Source: Desulfobacteraceae bacterium (lineage in GTDB: Bacteria; Desulfobacterota; Desulfobacteria; Desulfobacterales; Desulfobacteraceae). From it: a stretch of 10,284 bases of DNA. The DNA lies in NCBI GenBank assembly GCA_050293905.1, contig JBNKNP010000073.1:1-10284 (forward strand), read 5' to 3'. A program made the position numbers and the translations under genes. Of this stretch, positions 1-5,845 are shown piece after piece. The stretch's first letter is position 1. Each line of letters starts with the position of its first letter. The notes below the pieces were generated by a model. It was not told the origin of the DNA, did not search any database, and saw only the letters and a program-made list of their open reading frames with translations.

Positions 1-73
1 CCTCATTCTTTATCGCTGCCAGGGCAACTTTTGCTTTAAATTCCGGGCTGTACTGTTTTCTTTTTCTACGCAT
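1..73 (-). CDS. IS3-family (IS3/IS911-type) transposase OrfA-like N-terminus, partial; gene continues beyond the window start
   Basis: Reverse-complement of 1-73 reads ATG CGT AGA AAA AGA AAA CAG TAC AGC CCG GAA TTT AAA GCA AAA GTT GCC CTG GCA GCG ATA AAG AAT GAG = MRRKRKQYSPEFKAKVALAAIKNE. The basic N-terminus followed by YSPEFK and a hydrophobic helix matches the N-terminus of IS3/IS911-family OrfA HTH transposases as I remember them. An AAGGA Shine-Dalgarno sits about 8 nt upstream of the ATG on the minus strand (plus-strand 82-86). Only 24 codons are visible, so the family assignment rests on a short motif. Confidence 0.5.
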   Translation of the reverse strand, partial: MRRKRKQYSPEFKAKVALAAIKNE

Positions 74-573
74 TGTCAATTCCTTTCATTTGGTATTGAC
101 TCAGAGCTTAACACATTGTTCGTTTTTTGGGGACCAGCGCAGACATCTCTGTATAGATACCTTTTTGATATAATCGGCTTTTTCTGATTTATCAGAGGAA
201 CCGGAAAAATGACCAGTGATTGACAAGGGGATTCGTAGACGTATTCTCCCCCGTTTTCCATACAGTATTCTATATAAAATCGACCCCGACGAAATCATCA
301 TAGTTGCTATCATGCACCAGAAAAGACGCCCGAATTATTGGATAGACATATTATAAAAAATTATGTGACGGTTTGTTTGTTTTTATTCGGACCCAAATAA
401 CAGGGTAGATCCTGCCGGTAACTTTCGAATTTACCCTCAATCATCTGATCGACAATGAGATCGATTTAGGTGTTTTTGATTAGCGACTGCTATAAATCCC
501 GTTGGATGATACTAAATGACACACCGGAGCTATAGGGCTGCTGTTTGAATTCAAGCATCAACCCGGAGTTCCT

Positions 574-1431
574 TTGGATGACGTTCAGGAAGTCAGCAAC
601 TATGTGACGGCTCTTCATCATGGTCTTAAACGAATTGGAGAGAACTTTCCTCTTTCTCTGAGACTGCTTAAAGAAATTCATAGTGTTCTGCTATCGAAGG
701 GTCGTGGTAAAGACTGTGATCCCGGCGAGTTTCGGAGAAGCCAGAACTGGATTGGTGGAAGCCGTCCCGGTAATGCGGCTTTTGTACCACCGTCCCCTGA
801 ATATGTTCAGGAATGCATGGGAAAGCTGGAGCTATTTCTGCATGATCAACCGGACAAAACTCAGGTGTTGATCAAGGCTGCATTGGCTCACGTCCAATTC
901 GAAACCATCCACCCGTTCCTTGATGGCAATGGTCGTCTCGGGCGTCTGATCATCACGCTGCTGTTATGTTCTGAAAAAGTCCTTAAAGAACCGATGCTGT
1001 ATCTCAGCCTTTATTTCAAAACACACCGCCAACGCTATTATGAACTTCTGAACGAAGTACGGCTGACCGGTGACTGGGAGGCTTGGCTCGACTTCTTTGC
1101 CGATGCCGTTATTCATACAGCAACAAGAGCCGTTGAAACATCTCAACAATTGATGAAATTGTCCACTGAAGACGGGCTGCGCATTAACGGACTTAAATGT
1201 ATATCCGGTTCGGCCCATCTCATTCATAAGGCAAAGCTGGAGCGCCCAATAGGTTCACCAAACTCGATCCAGGAAAAAACGCAACTCTCACCAGCCACAG
1301 TAAATGCATGCCTGCGTGAACTTGAAAAGCTTGGTATCGTAAAAGAGATAACCGGACAGAAGCGTAACCGTCTTTATTCCTATGTGGAGTACATACAGAT
1401 CATGAACGAAGGGACCGAGTTGCCTCAATAA
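574..1431 (+). CDS. Fic/DOC family protein (Fic core HPFxDGNGR plus C-terminal winged helix-turn-helix); probably 5'-truncated and possibly a pseudogene remnant
   Basis: The translation contains the canonical Fic active-site motif HPFLDGNGRLGRL, a C-terminal wHTH-like segment (SPATVNACLRELEKLGIVKEITGQKRNRLY), and an NWIGG segment that I recall from long Fic proteins. The ORF has no in-frame ATG near its 5' end: the ORF finder used TTG at 574. The same frame is open back to 520 and is then hit by in-frame stops at 517-519, 493-495 and 481-483. The Fic motif sits about 113 residues in, whereas from memory full-length homologues of this architecture have it at about residue 190-200. Those observations suggest the N-terminal roughly 70-90 aa are missing or degraded. 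Confidence 0.8.
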   Translation: MDDVQEVSNYVTALHHGLKRIGENFPLSLRLLKEIHSVLLSKGRGKDCDPGEFRRSQNWIGGSRPGNAAFVPPSPEYVQECMGKLELFLHDQPDKTQVLIKAALAHVQFETIHPFLDGNGRLGRLIITLLLCSEKVLKEPMLYLSLYFKTHRQRYYELLNEVRLTGDWEAWLDFFADAVIHTATRAVETSQQLMKLSTEDGLRINGLKCISGSAHLIHKAKLERPIGSPNSIQEKTQLSPATVNACLRELEKLGIVKEITGQKRNRLYSYVEYIQIMNEGTELPQ

Positions 1432-1608
1432 TCTTATTCGGGCCTAATCTGTAGATCCCAGGAAAAATATAACTCCAACAAAAAAATGAATCGGAGTTCA
1501 CCGGTTATTTCTGTGGATATTTGATGAATGTATTTGTAGTATTAAAATGTTGTCAAATTTTCCTCCGGTTTTTTCAACCTCTATTTTTGTCTTGACTATA
1601 GCTGATTT

Positions 1609-1648
1609 CCCCTGATACAAGCACGATATGTTGTGCTTGTATCAGGGG
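1609..1648. repeat. Perfect 16-bp inverted repeat with an 8-nt spacer (stable hairpin or palindromic operator-like site) in the Fic-phosphatase intergenic region
   Basis: CCCCTGATACAAGCAC (1609-1624), GATATGTT (1625-1632), GTGCTTGTATCAGGGG (1633-1648). The arms are exact reverse complements. Read directly from the sequence. Confidence 0.65.
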
Positions 1649-1741
1649 AACGTTGATATTTTAGCTTTGGGGATTTTTTCGATACGTTCTCTAACAAAAA
1701 GGCAAGTTCCTACCCTTTTCTGATCATCTATTGATAGAGCT

Positions 1742-3454
1742 TTGCTTATGCTATCCTTTTTTAAATGGAAGATCCGGTCCTGGCAGGATGTGAATCACAG
1801 GCTTGCGACAACTTTTCGATGGCTTCAGCTCCAGGCCAATGGCATTGGAATTTGTATCTGCTTTTTCTATTTTTTCTTTTTTGACAAAACAAGCAGCCCG
1901 CCGGCCAACTGGTCGGAGGATCTTATACTGTCTGTCATAATGACGGTTCTTTTATTGGCGTTGGGGTCATTGATCAGCTATTTATGGCGTCTGGATATTC
2001 AAAGATATGTTGAAAAAAAAATCAAGCACCGGTCCATATCCCCCGAACTGGAGCAAAAGGCCAGGCATAAAATTGTAAATCTGCCCCTTGCATCCGCAAC
2101 GATCAGTCTGCTGAACTGGTCCTTGGCAGCGGTTGTAATGCCGTTTTTTACCACTGTCGAACCGGGCAGATTTATTTTGAGCATCCAAGTCGGCAGCTTC
2201 CTCTGGGTGGCCGTCGGCATCATGATTGCCGGTCTTGTCACCTGCATTATGGTCTTTTTTGCTACTGAATTGTTGTGCCGGCCCATCTGGGAACATTTTT
2301 TTCCAAGGGGTGAGCTTCTTCTGATCAAAGGGGTTTTCAGGCTCAATCTCTGGCACAGGATTTTGATCATTTTTTTAATGGCCAGTCTGTTTCCTTTAAT
2401 GGATATGGCGGTTGTTTCGTATCAGAAAGCCCAGTTAATGATAACTAGTGATCCCGTGGAAACGCTCCATAGCCTGATGTTTTTAATCTTTTTCCTGCTG
2501 GCGGTTGAATGTTCCCTGGTGCTGGCTTTGTCCATGTTCATGTCCCGGAGTATTGTCGGGCCGGTTTTGAATTTAAAATCAGCCATGTCAAAAGTAGCAG
2601 GAGGAGACTTTAATGCCAGGGCCAAAGTCATTGATAATAATGAACTCGGTGAATTATCCCATCATTTTAATTTAATGACACACGACCTTAAAGAACGGTA
2701 TATGCTGCTTCAAACGCTGGCAATCGCCAAAGAGGTCCAGCAAAATCTTCTACCGAATCATCCCCCGGATATTCAAGGGCTGGATGTGGCTGGAAAAAGC
2801 CTCTATTGTGATCAGACCGGCGGTGATTATTATGATTTTATCGAAGCAGAGTATGACGGGGGAAAATTTTTTGTTTTTGCGGTGGGGGATGTCTCAGGCC
2901 ACGGTATCCCCTCTGCACTGCTCATGGCATCGGCCAGGGCGTTTCTAAGACAGCGGCTGGCGCTGCCGGGTTCACTGGCTGACATCATCAATGACGTCAA
3001 TACCCAGTTCTGCACAGATGTCGGGTATTCAGGCCGGTTCATGACCTTGTTTTTGGCTGCTTTCAATCCGGGCGGGAAAACCTTTGGCTGGGTTCGTGCC
3101 GGGCATGACCCTGCCCTGGTCTATGATCCTGGGACAGATAATTTTATTGAATTGGGGCTAAAAGGCGGTATTCCTCTGGGTGTGGAGCCGTCCTTTGAAT
3201 ACAATGACTGCGTCACGGCTGACCAGTGCTTTGGCCGGGGACAGGTTCTGTTCATCGGCACAGACGGGATCTGGGAAGCAACCAATCCGGCCGGTGAAAT
3301 GTTCGGTAAAGAACGGTTAAAGCAAGAACTGCGCAGATGCAGGTTATTATCAGCCGGTCAGATCCTTGAATCTCTTTTGGAAAAGCTGAAGACCTTCAGG
3401 GGTGACTCAAAATTTACAGATGATGTCACCATTCTGATTGTCAAAAAAGAGTGA
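1742..3454 (+). CDS. Multi-pass membrane HAMP-domain PP2C-type serine phosphatase (SpoIIE/RsbU-like)
   Basis: The N-terminal half has several hydrophobic segments, for example VIMTVLLLALGSLISYLW, FLWVAVGIMIAGLVTCIMVFF and FLIFFLLAVECSLVLALSMF. A HAMP-like linker follows (IVGPVLNLKSAMSKVAGGDFNARAKVIDNNELGELSHHFNLMTHDL). The C-terminal PP2C/SpoIIE signatures are GDVSGHGIPSALLMA (metal-binding Asp) and GTDGIWEA. The true start is uncertain. The ATG at 1742 has no obvious SD. The internal ATG at 1940 (MTVLLL...) has GGAGGA about 20 nt upstream. Confidence 0.85.
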   Translation: MLMLSFFKWKIRSWQDVNHRLATTFRWLQLQANGIGICICFFYFFFFDKTSSPPANWSEDLILSVIMTVLLLALGSLISYLWRLDIQRYVEKKIKHRSISPELEQKARHKIVNLPLASATISLLNWSLAAVVMPFFTTVEPGRFILSIQVGSFLWVAVGIMIAGLVTCIMVFFATELLCRPIWEHFFPRGELLLIKGVFRLNLWHRILIIFLMASLFPLMDMAVVSYQKAQLMITSDPVETLHSLMFLIFFLLAVECSLVLALSMFMSRSIVGPVLNLKSAMSKVAGGDFNARAKVIDNNELGELSHHFNLMTHDLKERYMLLQTLAIAKEVQQNLLPNHPPDIQGLDVAGKSLYCDQTGGDYYDFIEAEYDGGKFFVFAVGDVSGHGIPSALLMASARAFLRQRLALPGSLADIINDVNTQFCTDVGYSGRFMTLFLAAFNPGGKTFGWVRAGHDPALVYDPGTDNFIELGLKGGIPLGVEPSFEYNDCVTADQCFGRGQVLFIGTDGIWEATNPAGEMFGKERLKQELRRCRLLSAGQILESLLEKLKTFRGDSKFTDDVTILIVKKE

Positions 3455-3512
3455 TCCGGCAAGCCATTATCATCAATTTCCCAACCCTTTAGGTCTTTGG
3501 CGGCACAATTTT

Positions 3513-3543
3513 AAAGCAGTATTGTTATTTTGCTTTTTTGTTT
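3513..3543 (+). terminator. Weak candidate intrinsic terminator for the phosphatase gene (AT-rich stem followed by a T-run)
   Basis: AAAGCA (3513-3518), 12-nt loop, TGCTTT (3531-3536), then TTTGTTT. The stem is short and AT-rich, so this is a low-confidence call. It lies in the convergent gap between the phosphatase stop (3454) and the rtcR stop (3560). Confidence 0.25.
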
Positions 3544-3559
3544 ATCATAGGCAAGCGCG

Positions 3560-5164
3560 CTATAATCGGACTGCCGGATTGGTGATCATCTGCCAGCTGA
3601 TGCCGAATTTTGCAAGATACTTCCTCAGCCGGTCTGCATCATTGCTCTTTTTTTTGTTTTCACGGGAGACTGAAAACAGTTTTCTTCCGGCATCTGAAAG
3701 CGAAACAGATGCTTTGCATACACTGAGGACATCGGCCAGAAGAGTTTGGTCGAACCGGTCCAGTTTTTCAGAACTTCCTTTTCCCAGAACAGAATCAATC
3801 ATATCTTTTGATTTGTTTTTCCGGCGATGCTGCCAGAGCGATTCCAGGCGGGTGATTTCCTCAGCCACCACGTCGGATGTAATACGGCCGCCCGGCGCCA
3901 GTGTCGCCATCCGGGTTACGGCACCGTTCAGGTCCCTGAAATTGGAGCGCCACTTTCCTTTTTCCGACAGGGCGTATTTCAAAAAGCGTTCTTTTGCCTC
4001 TTTATTGAATGTGATATGGCGGTTTGTTTTTTCAGAAAACCGGTCCAGCTCATAGGCAAGGTTGGGTTCGATATCCTCTTTTCTGTTCCGCAGTCCCGGC
4101 AGGGCAAAAGACCACAGATTGATCCGGGACAGCAGATCCTCCCGGAACCGGCCTTCTCCCACCCGTTTCTGCAGGTTCTGGTTGGTACCGCAGATCAGTT
4201 GAAACCGGCTTTGGCTCTCAAGGTCGGCACCCACCGGCAAAAAGGTTTTCTCTTCGATTGCCCGTAGGAGCATGGCCTGTTCATCCAGTCCCAGCTCCCC
4301 GATTTCATCCAGAAAGAGCATGCCGCTGTCTGCACATCTGAGAAGTCCTTCCCGGTCTGATACGGCTCCGGTAAATGCGCCTTTTTTGTGGCCGAAAAGC
4401 GCTGACATGGCTGAATCCCCCCTCAGGGTGGCACAGTTGACTTCAACAAAATCACCGGAAATTTGCCGCCGGGTTTTTTTCAGGTCAAAGATTCTCCGGG
4501 CAAGCCTGGATTTGCCCGCCCCGGTGGGGCCTGTGATCAGCATCGGCTCCGTGGAATGAATGGCCACCTGTTCCACCTGTTCGATCAACCGGTTAAATTC
4601 AGGGTTTTGTGTCTTGATCCCTGACTTTAAAAAAGAAAGATCATCCCTGACTTCCTGCTGAAACCGCATGGCAATCCGGTCATACCTGGACAGATCAAGA
4701 TCGATAATGGAATATGTGCCGCTGACATCTCCCCGTTTTCCGGCCGGACCTGTCTGGAGAAGGCGGGCCGGGAAATAGTGGGATTCAGTCAGAAGATAGA
4801 GACAGATCTGGGCCACATGTGTTCCCGTGGTGATGTGGATCAGGTAATCGTTGTTTTCCGTATCAAAGGGATAGGCCTTTGCAAAATCGTGAAGGGTTCC
4901 ATAGACTTCTTCAAAATCCCAGGGATCAGCCAGGTCGATTTCGTGTGCAACAACATCGGTTTCAGGAGAAATGCCGGCAATATCCTTGACCAGACGGTCC
5001 AGAAGCGATTTGTACTGTTTTTGATATAATAATTCAAACCGGTCCACAAGCAGCTCTTCCTGCTGGCATACGCTGACCGTGGGGCGCCATTTTTCCCAGC
5101 GCTTCATTGTTTTTCCGGAATCAAGGATTGGCCCGAGCAGGCCGATGACAACTCTTTGTTTCAT
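3560..5164 (-). CDS. rtcR: RtcR: sigma-54-dependent transcriptional activator of the rtc RNA-repair operon, with an N-terminal CARF-type sensor domain, a central AAA+ sigma-54 interaction domain and a C-terminal HTH
   Basis: 534 aa, close to E. coli RtcR at about 532 aa. Walker A is ITGPTGAGKS. The sigma-54 contact motif GAFTGA is present (FGHKKGAFTGAVSDREGLL), followed by MLFLDEIGEL. The protein is near-colinear along its whole length with E. coli RtcR as I remember it: KWRPT, LIHITTGTHVAQIC, IIDLDLSRY, NPEFNRLIEQVE, FREDLLSRINLW, EDIEPNL, and DADRLRKYLAKFG at the C-terminus. The start ATG is at 5162-5164 (CAT on the plus strand). Confidence 0.93.
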   Translation of the reverse strand: MKQRVVIGLLGPILDSGKTMKRWEKWRPTVSVCQQEELLVDRFELLYQKQYKSLLDRLVKDIAGISPETDVVAHEIDLADPWDFEEVYGTLHDFAKAYPFDTENNDYLIHITTGTHVAQICLYLLTESHYFPARLLQTGPAGKRGDVSGTYSIIDLDLSRYDRIAMRFQQEVRDDLSFLKSGIKTQNPEFNRLIEQVEQVAIHSTEPMLITGPTGAGKSRLARRIFDLKKTRRQISGDFVEVNCATLRGDSAMSALFGHKKGAFTGAVSDREGLLRCADSGMLFLDEIGELGLDEQAMLLRAIEEKTFLPVGADLESQSRFQLICGTNQNLQKRVGEGRFREDLLSRINLWSFALPGLRNRKEDIEPNLAYELDRFSEKTNRHITFNKEAKERFLKYALSEKGKWRSNFRDLNGAVTRMATLAPGGRITSDVVAEEITRLESLWQHRRKNKSKDMIDSVLGKGSSEKLDRFDQTLLADVLSVCKASVSLSDAGRKLFSVSRENKKKSNDADRLRKYLAKFGISWQMITNPAVRL

Positions 5165-5320
5165 TTATCTTTTCATTTATTCTTTTGTCTATATATTTAT
5201 ATATATTTATAAATTATTTATCATGACTGGGTCAAGGTATTTTCCGGAGAGGACTCGATATAATATTTTTTACTCATATTATCAGTGAGTTAAAAGATTA
5301 ATCCGGTTCGATTCAATTTC
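5165..5320. promoter_or_regulatory. AT-rich divergent control region between rtcR and the sigma-54 promoter. It probably holds the rtcR promoter and a DNA-bending (IHF-like) or enhancer-binding spacer
   Basis: Very AT-rich, with short direct repeats: TCATTTAT x2 at 5160-5180 and TATATATTTATATATATTTATAAATTATTTA at about 5190-5220. Its position between an enhancer-binding-protein gene and a sigma-54 promoter matches the usual architecture of such promoters. I could not define a specific operator for RtcR. Confidence 0.35.
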
Positions 5321-5337
5321 TGGCACAGGGGATGCTA
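5321..5337 (+). promoter_or_regulatory. Sigma-54 (RpoN) -24/-12 promoter driving the SPFH-rtcA-rtcB transcription unit
   Basis: TGGCACAGGGGATGCTA. GG is at 5322-5323 and GC at 5334-5335 with the canonical 10-nt spacing. It matches the consensus TGGCACG-N4-TTGCW at every position except the first T of the -12 element (ATGC for TTGC). It is oriented away from rtcR, 157 bp from the rtcR start, as expected for an RtcR-activated promoter. The predicted TSS is about 5346-5348. Confidence 0.65.
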
Positions 5338-5461
5338 TTAGCTATTGGCAAGTCGATGTATCGGCTTGTCGAAAACTGCCGGGCCAGCGGCATATCGGCC
5401 CTGCCAAAGCAGTGGGCCGGATGTGTTCCGGACATGGATTCTGACGACGGCAGATTTTTGA

Positions 5462-5534
5462 ATAATGGATAGCTCAATGGTAGAGCATCGTGCATTTAAC
5501 ACGAGTGTTGCAGGTTCAATTCCTGCTCCGAACC
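5462..5534 (+). ncRNA. tRNA-like element (degenerate tRNA; anticodon-loop triplet UUU) in the leader of the sigma-54 transcript. It may be a Y-RNA-like tRNA mimic or a tRNA pseudogene
   Basis: Canonical D-arm GCTC-AATGGTA-GAGC (5472-5486). Anticodon arm TCGTG-CATTTAA-CACGA (5488-5504). 5-nt variable loop. Canonical T-arm GCAGG-TTCAATT-CCTGC (5510-5526), i.e. GGTTCAATTCC. The 3' acceptor strand TCCGAAC (5527-5533) would need 5' GTTCGGA, but the sequence present is TAATGGA, so only 4 of 7 pairs form. Position 33 is A rather than U. A sequence that could pair, GTTCCGGA, lies 38 nt further upstream at 5425-5432. Confidence 0.45.
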
Positions 5535-5845
5535 GGGCGAAAGCCCCTCCGATCGCTTAAAACGATCTTTTACAAACTGGAAACGGGTGCTGCTTGCCTT
5601 CTGTTGAAGCCCAAGGGGAAGCAGCCCAAATCGCAGGGCCGGCTGCAGACAGTCCAAACGATTTGATCAAAAGCCGACGCAAAGGCGAAACAGACCGTTC
5701 CTTTAGTTGCCATGCAGCACGTGGATACCGTTTTTTAGGACTGCCTGCTAAAACTTTCAGGCATTAAAAAAAACTTAAACAGTGCTCCGCACAACGGACG
5801 GCGGGTAAACAGCACCCGGATTCCAAACATTGAAGGAAAAGAAAC

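Noticed and set aside
76-313. Minus-strand ORFs 76-261 and 101-313 upstream of the transposase fragment
   Set aside because: They would lie across the expected IS terminal repeat and the transposase 5' UTR. They are short and have no motifs or RBS.
2349-2367. Sigma-54-like string TGGCACAGGATTTTGA inside the phosphatase ORF
   Set aside because: The -12 element is wrong: TG where GC is required at the 10-nt spacing. It also lies mid-gene. It shares only the TGGCACAGG nonamer with the real promoter at 5321, which is probably coincidence.
1982-3066. Minus-strand ORFs inside the phosphatase gene (1982-2356, 1999-2370, 2422-2631, 2830-3066)
   Set aside because: They overlap a plus-strand gene that has a clear domain architecture (TM, HAMP, PP2C). 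They have no RBS and no recognisable motifs.
3438-5049. Several ORFs antisense to rtcR (3438-4055 +, 3827-4267 +, 4272-4559 +, 4778-5029 +) and the sense-strand ORF 4840-5049 - nested in another frame
   Set aside because: They lie entirely inside the well-supported rtcR coding region. Their translations are low-complexity or rich in Arg, Ser and Pro and carry no motifs. They are typical shadow ORFs of a GC-skewed gene.
5304-5320. A second T-loop-like string, GGTTCGATTCAATT, just upstream of the sigma-54 -24 element
   Set aside because: There is no flanking T-stem complementarity and no D or anticodon arms. It is most likely a chance resemblance or at best a short imperfect repeat of the downstream T-loop.
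5079-5495. Small ORFs in the rtcR/rtc intergenic region (5079-5288 +, 5313-5495 -)
   Set aside because: The first is a translation of the AT-rich repeat spacer (FIYLFIYSFVYIFIYIYKLF), which is low-complexity. The second overlaps the sigma-54 promoter and the tRNA-like element on the opposite strand. Neither has an RBS.
5462-5534. Calling the tRNA-like element a functional tRNA-Lys(UUU) gene
   Set aside because: The acceptor stem does not pair, with 4 of 7 pairs including a G-U. Position 33 is A instead of the near-universal U. The 5' seven nucleotides, TAATGGA, do not complement TCCGAAC. I therefore report it as tRNA-like, or a pseudo-tRNA, rather than as a tRNA gene.
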